DNA of 64,000 bases. It comes from Octopus vulgaris (taxonomy: Eukaryota). Where the stretch lies: NCBI GenBank assembly GCA_951406725.2, contig OX597826.1, positions 59,954,001 through 60,018,000 of the forward strand. The letters are read 5' to 3'. Each line of letters starts with the position of its first letter. Positions within the stretch are counted from its first letter, which is position 1. Position numbers and translations under genes: made by a program. The notes below the pieces were generated by a model. That model saw only the letters and a list, made by a program, of their open reading frames with translations, was not told the origin of the DNA and made no database searches. Below are positions 1 through 13,451 of the stretch, piece by piece.

Positions 1-59
1 TATTGTAAATTTTGCTGTGTCTGTTCTTTCATCGATTTTTTCCTGTGGGGAGAGGGGGG

Positions 60-480
60 TGGGAGTGTTTGTGTCTGTATGAAGAAGGTGGGTCTGAGTG
101 GTCTTGGGTGGAATGGAGTTGATCTGGGGTCCCACATCACACTGACTGCACCTCTTCTTTCTCTTTTCGTTTTATTCTTTGTCACTGTCCATTCATGCTC
201 CTTGTTCCTTCCATCTATCTATACTTCTTCCTTTTCTCCACCGTCTCCAGCACCGCTTCTTCTGTCGTTTTCTTCTGTAGTTCTAATGTGGTCTTTTTAG
301 CCATATTTAAAACATCGCGGAACTCTGCCCGCTAACTATACGCTCAAAACGTCACAGTCTCCGCCAAATTTTCCAGTAGCTTCGCCTCCGGTTGTATGAT
401 GATTTCCAATGTTTTTCCCTTATAACATCCTTTCTCCGTCTCTGTGGCCTGAAGGACCGCCACCTCCTTCTCACTACCAG
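60..480 (-). mobile_element. Decayed non-LTR retrotransposon ORF1 (gag-like) fragment
   Basis: Manual minus-strand translation gives EKEVAVLQATETEKGCYKGKTLEIIIQPEAKLLENLAETVTF then ..PRCFKYG*KDHIRT, resembling a degenerate CCHC zinc knuckle (PRCFKCGxxGH); stops and frameshifts are present. Confidence 0.4.
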
Positions 481-1090
481 CGAGAACGGGGGACAAACAC
501 AGACACACAAACATATACACTTTGTGAATGGATAATTGAGTAAGTTAGATCAACAAGAACGAGTACAGAATGGCATTTATTTGTAACCGCCACAGTAGTT
601 TTCTCCAGGCTCTCCAGGTTCTCCAGAGTGACAGGCATTTGGTCACGTATCCGTTTCCCTACATTATGACATCTTGTTTTTCCTTAGATCTTGTTATCTA
701 AAAACTCAAATTTTCGACTTTGAGCCAATCCTTTCTGTCTGTCGTCGCTTGCGAGGTAGTAGTAACCACTCAGTGTATCTAAAAATGTGTTATGAATGAA
801 AGTGCTTGACATGTATAGATGGAGTTGGAGGGTGGCTATACTATGAATAGTACATTAAAGCGAGTGACGTTTTACTTCTTTGTACTCATAATCTATTTTT
901 CAAGTTCTGTGACACCGTTTTCCTTAGCTGACCTTCAAGAAGTCACCGGTCTGATCTTCGTGAATACACCGGTAATTCAGTTGATGGACTTACACGTACA
1001 GATACAATGAGGCGTTATCTGTTTAATTTATATAAAATTCAAACATTCGTGTTTTAAGAAGCAGGAATTTTTAGAAAATTGTCAATAATA

Positions 1091-1211
1091 GGCGCAGGAG
1101 TGTCTGTGTGGTAGGTAGCTTGCTTACCAACCACACGGGCTGACCAAAGCCTTGTGAGGGAATTGGTAGACAGAAGCTGAAAGAAGCCCGTCATATATAT
1201 GTATATATACA

Positions 1212-1249
<38 letters not shown>

Positions 1250-1487
1250 TGTGTGTGTGTATGTGTGTGTGTGTTTTGTGTCTGTCCTCCCAACATCGCT
1301 TGACAACCGCTGCTGGTGGGTTTACGTCCCCGTAACTTAGCTGTTCGGCAAAAGTGACCGATAGAATAAGTACTAGGCTTACAAAGAATAAGTCCTGGGG
1401 TCAATTTGCTCGACTAAAGGCGGTGCTCCAGCATGGCCGCAGTCAAATGATTGAAACAAGTAAAATCGTATAAGAGTAAAAGAGTAA
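1091..1487 (+). mobile_element. SINE family A (tRNA-like head, internal TA/TG microsatellite; probably an octopus OR/CORE-type SINE), internally deleted
   Basis: ggcgcaggagtg.ctgtgtggta head and ...ggcggtgctccagcatggccgcagtcaaatga.tgaaacaagtaaaa tail; near-identical copies at 46618, 50289 and 55096. Confidence 0.9.
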
Positions 1488-2242
1488 TGTTAGGAATCCT
1501 TTTATATTTAACAATTTGATGAATATTTTGTTGCTATTTCCTGCAGATCAAGTTACCATAGAAGGGCTCTCTCGTCGAACGCTGATCTGAGAAGCTACAC
1601 GTGGTTAGTCTCTACATACAAATATGAACTATTTTGACATTTCTTCCCTTGATATTTTAGCCAGTTGTTTCAGTAGGTCTGACGTTATACCCCTCATCGA
1701 TTTTAATACGGTAGAAGATATCGCAGTAATATCCTGCATTTTGTTCCAACCATTACTGATGTCCTGCAAATGGCAGGCTTGCTGTTATGTGAATAATAAA
1801 TATAAGGATCAGATTACATTAAAATGGATTACATTTGACCATATGTGTATGGATTAGGACTGATGTTGGCATAAATAGTTACATTTACGGTAGCCACTAA
1901 TACTAACTACAATAAAATACATTATATATATTCTCGTCCGCTTTATAATAAGCCGTTTTATGGTTTTGTCACAGCAGATGAAGTAGCTTTGATACAATGT
2001 CAGAGGATCCGATAGGAGGATTTAATCAAAATGATGAACTGGTTCAAATGTTTGCTACAATGCGGGCTGCCGATAAAGACAATTCCACTGAACAACCAAA
2101 TATGGTATTTAAAAAAATGACAGAGTATCCCATTAAAGCAGTTTATTTGCTCAAAGGTGGTTATTTCGATTTGAGTCTTTTCAAATGTCACATATATATC
2201 CGAATCATAGATAACTGAGCTAGTTATATATATAGTGAGATC

Positions 2243-2525
2243 TATTGAATCAAGACAGACCTGACATGCGTGTCAGATAAGGGCCTATTGACAAAACTGC
2301 ATAAGTTTGTTGGATACGGCCTACTGAAACAAACAAATCGTTGTGTTGGATTGGATGTAACTGACCTAGCTACATATGTTTGATCAGAACCAACAACTTA
2401 GTCTACAGAAATCTGTTAACGCAGGTCCAACTAAACATAATTCATAATCCTGTTGGTGATTTGATAAGGACGTAACGGAGAAAACTACATTGTCCTGTTG
2501 GATAGACACCAACTGACTGACCTGT
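2243..2525. repeat. Degenerate ~35-40 bp minisatellite with a TGTTGGAT-N5-CCAACTGA core
   Basis: About 8 diverged units, e.g. tgttggatacggcctactga, tgttggattggatgtaactga, tgttggatagacaccaactga. Confidence 0.55.
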
Positions 2526-2528
2526 CTG

Positions 2529-2651
<123 letters not shown>

Positions 2652-2770
2652 CGGCAGTTTATATTTACTGCTGATAAGTTTGGCGCGAATACGTCAGTCT
2701 TGAAAATTTTAAGACAGATATTCCGGAGGCATCGATACAGACGCCTCGTGTATATTTGTCTCTCCCAGGT

Positions 2771-2870
2771 TTTTTACTGATGAAGTGTAACCTATGGTAG
2801 ATTAGCTTAATTTAATTTAATTAAGCTAATTTAATCATTAATGACACAGAAACGATGCATCGTCTAAAAG
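2771..2870 (+). ncRNA. Type I hammerhead ribozyme, near intact, inside a ~340-bp element flanked by (TA)n
   Basis: Stem I ttttta(2771-76)/taaaag(2865-70); CTGATGA 2777-83; long stem II gtgt..acac containing attagcttaatt/aattaagctaat; GAAA 2849-52; palindromic stem III cgatgcatcg; GUC triplet 2862-64. Confidence 0.8.
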
Positions 2871-2991
2871 ATGAATTAGGGTAAATGTTTTTAAATTTTC
2901 ACCTAATTTCTGAATTACTACTACTTGGCGGTGTGAGTTATGGCTGCTCTTTCTGGTGGACGAATGACCTGTTAGGGTCACTCCTAAATTG

Positions 2992-3074
2992 TTATATATA
3001 TATATATATATATATATATCTATCTATCTATCTATCTATCTATATATCTATCTATATATCTATATATCTATCTA

Positions 3075-3127
<53 letters not shown>

Positions 3128-3161
3128 TTTCGTTCTTTATTTATTTGTATATATCTCTCTG

Positions 3162-3226
<65 letters not shown>

Positions 3227-3227
3227 G

Positions 3228-3280
<53 letters not shown>
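2992..3280. repeat. (TA)n/(TATC)n microsatellite
   Basis: Directly visible. Confidence 0.95.
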
Positions 3281-3281
<1 letters not shown>

Positions 3282-3737
3282 ACCACCTGTCTGTGAGTGT
3301 GTGTCTGTGTCTGTGTGCTAGGTCTTTACATACTGAGAAGATTATGAAAGTCTCTTGGACTTGAACCTGATGCTTTCCTTATATGATTTTCCAAGATTCA
3401 ACAAGAGTTATTTTAGCAAAATCTTTGACATATAACTCTACACAATTAATTGTTGTAATGACATTATTAGTAACAGTTATTTTCCCTTTCTTACCGAGAC
3501 AATCACAATAATGATTCAAAAGCTTTTGGAATGCCTCATATCAAATAACATTTGGGATTCAAATATCATCGAGCCGAAGTTGGATGTTATAGTTTATTGT
3601 AAATAATTCAAGTACCAATCAAATACTGTGGTTGAATAAGTCGACCCTGCTATCTCATATATGTAGCGAAGTGCCACATTCTGAAAATTTATTTTTGCAT
3701 AAATTACAGTAACATCGTTAATAATAAAAATTGAAGC

Positions 3738-4016
<279 letters not shown>

Positions 4017-4017
4017 T

Positions 4018-4240
4018 TTTATCAAGTGCATTCACTGCAATACCGAGCACAGCTTTGTGTGCTCTAGTTTGTTGTGATGCTCTTATAGTTACTGTATTAA
4101 ACGTGTTTTACGTAGGATGTGTGAGGGGCCTAGTAGTACTATTTTCTGTATGTTATATATATTTGTCAGCCCTTGTCTGAATATTTCATCATACCTAATG
4201 CGCCTATTAGGATAAGAATTGTTTCTGATTTTAGCCACAC
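4018..4240 (-). mobile_element. R4/Dong-type non-LTR retrotransposon 3' end embedded in an (ATT)n array
   Basis: Minus strand reads WLKSETILILIGALGMMKYSDK/GLTNIYNIQKIVLLGPSHILRKT..*, matching the R4-clade C-terminus after the REL endonuclease (IPIIVGALG...QKxALLGTAHILRK); ATT repeats on both sides. Confidence 0.8.
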
Positions 4241-4254
4241 AAACGATTTACCTT

Positions 4255-4432
<178 letters not shown>

Positions 4433-4438
4433 ATTATC

Positions 4439-4915
4439 GAGTGAGAGAGCAGCACATTCCGTTTAAGTGATACTGGGATAAAATATACGAAGTCCAATAT
4501 ACCCATCATGACTACCTGTCTGAAAAGAGTACACCAGGCACATGCATCACAGCCAGTCTGGATATTCTTCAGGTCGACTATCCCATCCTGCTCAAAAGTT
4601 CTCTGAATAAGGGTTGTTTGAGGATGTTGAACGAAACGTCCTTGCTTCCGAAGGTGAATTATTCAAACACAAAGAATTTCACTCACCACATGTCTATGAC
4701 CCTTTCCCACTGCTCGTGATCAGAAATGTACCTACCGTCAGTCACCAAGAGATATGCTCAACTGGTTTAAAGTCAAACAACTGAGAAGGAAATCTGTGTT
4801 ACTGAGCAGAATATTTGCTATAGCCCATCTTTTACGTAAAGACAAAATTTTCAAACTTAACTTACAATCAGTTAAGATCAGAAGCCATGAGAGCCTGTTC
4901 CTGGTATTGCATCAA
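4439..4915. mobile_element. Unclassified ~480-bp interspersed repeat inserted in (ATT)n
   Basis: Non-coding block bounded by ATT repeats; its terminus gagtgagagag also occurs as a stub at 3807-3830 inside another ATT array. Confidence 0.5.
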
Positions 4916-4936
4916 TATCATTATTATTAATATTAA

Positions 4937-5150
4937 GGCAGCGAGCTGGCAGAATTGTTAGCACGCCGGGCAAAATGCTTAGCGGTATTTCACCTGCATT
5001 CAGGTTCTGAGTTCAAATACCGACGATGTCGACTTTGCCTCTCCTGTTTTCAGGTTCGATAAGCTAAGTACTATTTGAGTTCTGGGGTCGGTATGATCGA
5101 CTTACATCCTCACCTGATATTGATCGCTCTGTGTCAAAATTTCAAAAGGA
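4937..5150 (+). mobile_element. SINE family B, diverged copy
   Basis: ggcagcgagctggcagaattgttagcacgccggg...gagttcaaat; homologous to 49919-50150. Confidence 0.8.
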
Positions 5151-5239
5151 TATTATTATTATCATTGTTATTATTATTGCAAGTAGAAGTAGCACCACAA
5201 CCACCACCAGTAGAATGGAGGAAAAAAAGAAAATAATAA

Positions 5240-5299
<60 letters not shown>

Positions 5300-5476
5300 C
5301 AGTAGTAGCTTAATCAGCCTTTCGGTTCGATACATTAGAGAAATGCATTTAGATCAAATACAAACCTTGAAGGATTTCTTCGTAAGAAAGGTACCATAGA
5401 AAGTCGCTCTGAATTGCAAACATATATATGAAAATGTACACACATCATACGCTCTCATATGTATATACATATTCAC

Positions 5477-5557
<81 letters not shown>

Positions 5558-5597
5558 TGTACCTGTGTATGTGTCTGTGTGTCTGTGTGTGTAATGA

Positions 5598-5631
<34 letters not shown>

Positions 5632-5670
5632 AAACGATATACATGTGTATATATACATATATGTATAACG

Positions 5671-5709
<39 letters not shown>

Positions 5710-6161
5710 CATACATGCATGCATAGATACATATATACATACGTACACACCTTCATAGTCAACAGAAGTGGAAACTGAAAAAATAAAAAAATAAAACGAA
5801 GAAATAAACCATATAATCATAGAAACACACATAGTTATACACACACAAATAATGCATAAACGCTCATGCGAATATGAAGTTATTGGGATAGAGACATAAC
5901 AACACAAACACACGCACATACAAAGAAATATAGAGAGAGACAAACACCAGCACATACAAAAATTGCTCGTAATGAACTCTTAAAGTTAAAAGACTTAATT
6001 GAAATTTCCATTTCTCTCACCTACAGTCCTGCACTCCAGGTCATTATTACACAGAAACTTCAAACTAGTGATTGTTTCACGATACCTTCTTATATATATA
6101 CATAAAAGCATACATACATATGCATATGCACACATAAGTATATATATATATATACACATAC

Positions 6162-6212
<51 letters not shown>

Positions 6213-6225
6213 TATATACACATAA

Positions 6226-6271
<46 letters not shown>

Positions 6272-6530
6272 ATATATATATGGACACACACATGTATATA
6301 TATATATATATATATATATACATACATACATATACATATATATTTGTGAGTGTGTGTGCATATCTATATCCATCTATATATATATATATGTATACACATA
6401 TTGATGTGTATGTATACATATGTATATATATGTGTGTGTATAAATATATATATACATATATACAACTTTTAATTATATATATCCATATATATCTATATAT
6501 ATATACGCACACAAGTATACACACACAGGC

Positions 6531-6562
<32 letters not shown>

Positions 6563-6720
6563 ATGTACAGGCTGCAATTGATATATAAATCATTACGAGT
6601 ACGCATAATACAGATAACTATCTCTATATATAGTAGATACAGTATGTATGTACATGCGCGTTCACACACACACACTAGCGTACACAAGAATATATGTATG
6701 TGTGTATGTAAATATTAATT
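5240..6720. repeat. Compound (GTA)n, (TA)n, (TG)n microsatellite region
   Basis: Directly visible; source of many spurious ORFs. Confidence 0.9.
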
Positions 6721-6908
6721 TGTGTGCATGTGTGTGTATGCATGCATATACCTATATATGGCTGCCAAATATTTAACAACTAATTTTGTTTCAACCGAAG
6801 TATTTTAAAATTAGAATCGTTTATTTATTGCGTGAAGTAACTTCAAATAAAACTTTATTTCCTGGCATTGTAATGTATGTTTGTGTACCTCAGCATATAC
6901 ATATATTA

Positions 6909-6940
<32 letters not shown>

Positions 6941-7469
6941 TTGCGTATGAGTGCGTATTTATATGCGTACGCTGGTTGTCTGGTATTGTAGTAATATTGT
7001 CAGTACGAACATCGTCCATATTTTACACTAATTTGTACGCTTTTGAATCTCTTCTCTTTATTTTATGCTTACCCAATGCGCAAAGAAATAGTCATAAAAA
7101 TATTTATTTCTCTGCATTAATATTATAATATAATGGCCGGTGTGTATTCGGTTGCAAATAAGTGTAGTCGAATGTCTTTACGATGCATAGACGATATGTT
7201 TATATAGTGAAACAGGTTAAGTGAAAATAATTTTTTAAATGATATAGAAAAGTATGATTGTACAAAGTAAGTGTCTACACAAAGGGCAGTAATTACTGTT
7301 GTAATAGAGACGATGTCGTTGTATTCTGTCGGAATTAATGAAGCGAATAATAAAGAAATAATATGGAAAATAGCTTAAAAGTAAGTGTTAAGTTGTTTGT
7401 TGTGTGTCAACGAACGGGAATAGTTTTGAAGTACTAGTATACTATAAAATATCCTTTGTAATATAGGCA

Positions 7470-7790
7470 CAAAGCCTGACAACAAGGTATGCGATAAGGA
7501 AGAAAGAAAAGTCGATAGATGTTAGCTTGGGTGGTTAAGCAGTTGTCGCTGAAAAAGGTGGTAGCTGTACCAACAATTGCTGGAACCCTGTGAACAGCGA
7601 GTAAAAATCTTGAGAAGTACATGGAAGAAATAGGGGTCAATAAGGATGGAGCACTTGCAGAAAACAGCACCGCCTGGAACCGTTCGAATATTCAGGATGG
7701 CGCTCGAAAAATAAGGGGTGTATCCTTAGTGAACAGCTGAAACCGTAGTACATTTCCAGCGATAGGGACTGTGCAAAAGACAATAATAGT
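7470..7790 (+). mobile_element. R4/Dong-type retrotransposon 3' end (second family)
   Basis: Reads DKEERKVDR/LAWVVKQLSLKKVVAVPTIAGTL*TASKNLEKYMEEIG/MEHLQKTAPPGTVRIFRMALEK* (stop 7712-14), followed by a short 3' UTR and an aataatagtagt tail. Confidence 0.75.
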
Positions 7791-9348
7791 AGTGGTAGTT
7801 ATGTTAATGACATTATTTTTTTTATTATTCTACCTTGTCCAGCATTTGCATTTTGTTTTAAGAACCACATATTGAAGAAAAGCGTATGGATAAAATGAAA
7901 GAAAATTTCGAAGTTCATATATTACTAAATCAATGAAATGAAGTTTAGCTGTACAAGTAAAATAGCATTATAAAGAATTACGTTTGCCATACAATATATT
8001 GTTGTAAAATATAAAATTCATAATGCAAAATCAATTCATTATATAAAAAATGTAAAGATACTGATGGCACTAATACAGACCTTTCCGCTCTGTACCCGTA
8101 AATTTTCTATTCATTATTTGCTTTCGTTATAACGGTGCTATTATTAAGCCTGAACGGACGTGATCGCCCTGCTCTTCTCATATTTTTGTGCTACCACAAT
8201 ATATTTCACGAAAAAAGTGGTCTATGTTATCTTATATTATCAAAGGAATCCTTCAAAAGTTTGTGTCCACAGAAAGAACTTAAAAAAAGACAAAAATAGA
8301 ATGTGCACACAAAATAAAAAGACACAAAGGCAATCACTACGACTGTATTAGCTTAACGACAGTAAAATGAGATATAACCATCATTGAAAAGTATCCCTTA
8401 TTTTGTCGTAGAAAATTGTTACGAATACAAAATACCGCTATTCTGCACGCATTCATTCAATTTCCAGACATTGTTGCTTGTGAAGTTATGTCGAACAACA
8501 TTTGTCGTGTGTATGCTAAATACATCATCTAACTAAGACTATTGTGTAGATAGCCCCATGGTTTTATTTCTCTAGAGCAATTAGTTTCCTCTCAATGGTT
8601 TAAAGGTTGTGTGATATCAAGGCTGAACGAACTAAGGATAAACACTTCCTTCTTTGCCACGTCCTCAACAACATTTTTTCCATCTCCATATTCCTTTCCT
8701 TTGTACTCTTTCCTTTTGCAATTTCGTTGTATCATTTAATTTCAATATTTATTTGTACTTCTTTTAACACATGCATTGCCTTAAAATCATTTAAATTGAT
8801 ATTCTCTACTGAACTCCACACTCTCTGCCACTTTTTTTTCTTTTCTATTGAACTCCATACTTCTAAATTTATAACACTTAGTCGCTTATAAATCTACTAA
8901 AAGTGATAACTGACACAGTTGGGGGAGATTTGAAAACATCGATATATATTTTAAGTACTCTGATGTGAACTAATAATATATGACCAGGGAATTATCTGTA
9001 TACAGCACTACAACGTGAACAACCATTTGTAGGTTTTAGATTTTATAGTCATTGAATTTCCCTGACATCGCTTCAAGTAGTCCTTCATGATTGCACAAAA
9101 ACTAAATGAAGATCACAGTTAGAATTCTTTTAATCATAGAGGTTCTCGGTTAGACTTGACCTGCAGTTAAATAACACCATTGACAATTTCGTCGTTCTCC
9201 TCTTCATCATCATCAAAAATTGCTTCTACGGTCCCCTTTCTCTTTCACTTCATCTTCCTCCTTCTTATCACCATCATATCACCTCCACGACCATCTTCAC
9301 GATCACCGCCAGCACCACCATCATCACCAGCACTACCACCACCACCAC

Positions 9349-9349
<1 letters not shown>

Positions 9350-9427
<78 letters not shown>
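9350..9427. repeat. (CAT)n microsatellite
   Basis: Directly visible. Confidence 0.95.
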
Positions 9428-9428
<1 letters not shown>

Positions 9429-11589
9429 CCAACGACAACAATAATAAAAATTAAAATGACTCGATGCTTAATGCAGTGCATTGTTTTTTTTTTATTGTTG
9501 CTGTATATTTTACACTAATACACTTGCTTTCATAAACGGTCGTAGATTCAGTATCGCATTTTTCAATAAGGTTCAAATTACTCTTTCTCACTTAATAGCA
9601 ATAGCAATTTTGAAACTGAATTATAAAACATTTTCTTGTTCTCTAAACTTATGTTGAACCGTGCTTAATTTTGCCTATATAGCCATTCCTTGCAGTACCG
9701 CAATACACTTCTTACAAAAATGTTCTTAGTGTTTGCGTTGGCGTTGTGTTTTGTATTTGTTGATGTTACCATTCTTTCTACGGATGCTGCTGCTACTCCA
9801 GAGAAAAAAATCATCTCGCCCATTAATCACATTGTTTTAATTTTTAAGAGTGTAAAACGCTATAAGGTCACTGTGTTCTTTCTTTTCACAATGCATAAGA
9901 ATGTAATATGATAAAAGCATAGCTTTTATTTCTAGTGGGTCTATCAGCCACATTGCTTCGTCCACATTATATTGTGGCCTCAATTCTGATTTGATCGCAA
10001 AAATGAGAACTCAAGCTGCTCCAAATTTGAACATCTTTTGTGGCGTAGGGTAGATTTTGGTCACACTGCCCTGTGTAGTAGTTAAACCGACCGTCGAAGT
10101 TATGCTACGTCTAACGTAACATAACTTCGACGTATATTTACCACAATAAACACAGTTTCACCCTTTACGTGATGCACAACTCTCGCACACCTCTCATGGT
10201 TCGCTCAATCTGTATTATCTGGAATGCATTGTCTAATTGCTACCGCCTCTGTTTTATTAGGCTACATTTATAATTCAGGGTCTGCTTCAGATGCTGTTGT
10301 TAGCACTTTTCCCACATCAAGAACGATCTTCTCATGATTGCTTGGAAGGCACTGCGAATTTGCTATTTTTGACGTTAAAAAGATGAGAATTCTCCTATTG
10401 TGTGTCCACTACGTTATTTTGTATATTCACTCACGTCAAATTTAAATCGTACTATTCGCTATCAACGTAAAGAAAGAAAAAGAAAGCAAATACCATGAAA
10501 GACACATATTTTATGCAAGGAAATATTCCTTCTGCTTTGTAAAGATTTTTAAATAACAATATAGTAATTATCCTTCGTTATGTCTAGATGTTATCGTCCT
10601 ATTTCATCTCGTCTGTTATATTAAGAAATTGTGTTATAACCACATGGTAGATTCCTTGCCTCGTCATGGAAGACGTTCCTGTGAAACAGGCGACGAAAAA
10701 CTATGCAAACAGGCAAAGAAAGAAAGAAGGCAAAAGCCAAAAAAAAAAAAAAGAAAGGATGCAAGGAAAAAATGTATAAAATAAAAGCTTTAAATATAGC
10801 GAAACCTTAAGTTACAGACAGATATCATGTTTGTTTCTTCGCAACAAATCTATTCAATTATAAGATCTTACTCAATTTTCTGTCTTGTCTTTCATTTTCC
10901 TTAATTATATTTTATTGTATTCAATTTTGTTTACAGACTCTTTCATACACATACATATAGATTAACCGGTATGTGCCCATATGTAGTCAAGTTTTATTTT
11001 ATACACACACACTCACACACACATATACAGAGAGAGAGAAAGAGAGAGACGGATATATAGATTTGCGTGTGTGTATGTATGTATGTATATCTATAAGTAA
11101 TAATGTAATGTTAATGTAAACTTCTTAACAATGTCTTCATGTCATACTTAATATTTTCTCTCCTATACACCCAACATCTAGATCTAGCAGACTAAAACAA
11201 AAACTCCACCACACACACACACACAAACGAAATATAACAAAACAAAAACAATTATAAACAAATTGAAGATAAACCCAACAAAAAAAAAAATACAATAATT
11301 TAAAAAAATACAAATAGCTGCTTATTATAATAACAAAATTGTAAATACCAAAATGTCTGCTTTTTATTTTCCTTTTTGTAATATTTGTAGCGTTTTTATC
11401 TATTTTGTCATTTTCAAACATCAAAATTTGATGAAAATTATAACGACATAGATAAAACAAACAGACAATGTAATCACGTAAGCTAATATTGTCTTTCATT
11501 ATTTGTGAATATCTAGATTTCCCTTTGTTTTGGTATCTTCCATATCTGTGTATAGACACACACATATATAATGTAGTATGTACTTGTCT

Positions 11590-11613
11590 GCGTATGTATA
11601 TATATACATATAA

Positions 11614-11644
<31 letters not shown>

Positions 11645-11664
11645 ATACATATGCTATATATACA

Positions 11665-11709
<45 letters not shown>

Positions 11710-11871
11710 ATATATATGTTATATATAAATGATTGATACACATATAGATATATGTATATTTATATCCGTTTGCATATATGTATATATATGTGTGTGTGTG
11801 TGTGTTAATATATAGGTATAAGAATGTATTTATCTATGTATCCATCTGTATGAGTATATATATATATATAT

Positions 11872-11922
<51 letters not shown>

Positions 11923-12066
11923 TACTTACACTTGTATATTCACACACACACACACTTATTTTTGTCTTCCATGATTTAGGGGCAATGTGTAATTAAACCA
12001 GAAATTAGGATCTATTCTTTTTCTCCTCCTCCCCTTCTCTCTCTTCTTCTTCTTCTTCTTCTTCTT

Positions 12067-12157
<91 letters not shown>
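11590..12157. repeat. (TA)n, (GATA)n, (CTT)n(ATT)n microsatellites
   Basis: Directly visible. Confidence 0.9.
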
Positions 12158-12161
<4 letters not shown>

Positions 12162-12499
12162 TTTACTAATAGTATTTTGGAGACTCACGAAACGTTCTCA
12201 CAAGTAATTAAAAATCCGATGATGCATCGGATTTCAAATCACTTCGTCTGTGTTGAAGTTTCACCAGTAATTACCTAAAACTATACATCTTAAGACGATA
12301 CCTGCATCCATATATCTGTAAGTCTGTCTGAGCATGTATTTCAACATTGCATAATTAGAACATAATGAAGAATGAACTTTCCAGGGTATTCTGACTATAG
12401 GACATTTCACTGGAATGAATCCGAGCAAAATATTTGTACTTATGTAATAATTGAAATTATACCATAGGTATTAATGAAGTGTAGGTATTAAAGCATTAA

Positions 12500-12848
12500 C
12501 TATTTGCCGAACCGCTGATGTTACGGGAACATAAGCGGACCAATCTGAACTTTCAAGCTGTGTTGGTTGGGGCAAACACAAAGACACACACATATAAATA
12601 CATACATGCATACATACACACACATTCATAAGGCAGTAGCCCAGCATTGCTGAAGTCCAATGACAGATAAAAAGTAAAAGATGTATAGGACGGGCTTCTT
12701 ACAATTTCAGTTAATTAGTTCCACTCACAAGTATTTGTTAGGCCTGGGTCTATTTTAGAAGAGAGTTGTCGATGATGCCACATAGTAGGACTCAACCTGG
12801 AGCTATACTGCTGGGTAGCAATATTCTTACCATACAGCCAAGCATGCC
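12500..12848 (-). mobile_element. SINE family A, old diverged copy
   Basis: tttgccgaaccgct..., gacgggcttctt, ccactcacaag and ttcttaccatacagcc match the reverse complement of family A. Confidence 0.7.
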
Positions 12849-13388
12849 TCTATCAAAATAAAATTTATTTAAAGGAAATAATTAACTCACAAAAATGCAA
12901 ATTAATTGTCTTATACAAAATCTTATATAAATAGTTTATAACTATCATTTTCTAAATTTTATTAGGATATAGTTAAAATATAGTTATAATGTCGTTTACT
13001 AAATATCTCTATGATTACTTTTAAATATTATCGTTCCTTTATCAATTAATCATTATCTGCCTCATTCACTGAATGTGGTGCGAGCGGTGAGTTTTCAAGA
13101 GTTTGTGATATGATGTGTCAACAAATAAAATCGAAAATCAGCATCGTAAGATTTATCTTTCTCTCACCATCTCTCTCTCTCAAAATCCCTCTCTCGCCCA
13201 CTCTCCCTCACTCTCTCTCTATTTACTCTCCCTCACTTCTATTTATTAATTTATTTATTGATCTATCTATCCATATATCGATTGATCAATCTACTACTTA
13301 CTTAAGTACCTACATATCTACATGTATATCAGTATATGTGTGTGTCTATTTACGTGCACGTCTGTGTAAGCGAGAGAGTTTGCCTGCA

Positions 13389-13451
<63 letters not shown>

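Noticed and set aside
688-755. Resemblance of ..NSNFRL/EPILSVCRR to the ATM/ATR FAT-domain motif EPILALRR
   Set aside because: It needs a frameshift and the neighbouring segments do not continue the similarity
1975-2218. Selenocysteine or stop-codon readthrough at the in-frame TGA
   Set aside because: No SECIS recognised, no known readthrough context, and the exon itself is unsupported
2243-2525. CRISPR-like repeat-spacer array
   Set aside because: Eukaryotic context, highly divergent repeats, short linkers and no cas genes
10092-10136. loxP-like words gaagttat / ataacttcg
   Set aside because: The arms are in the opposite arrangement to loxP with wrong spacing and only 9 bp match; chance resemblance
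12212-12234. 10-bp perfect palindrome aaatccgatg-atg-catcggattt
   Set aside because: Short and isolated with no supporting context; could arise by chance
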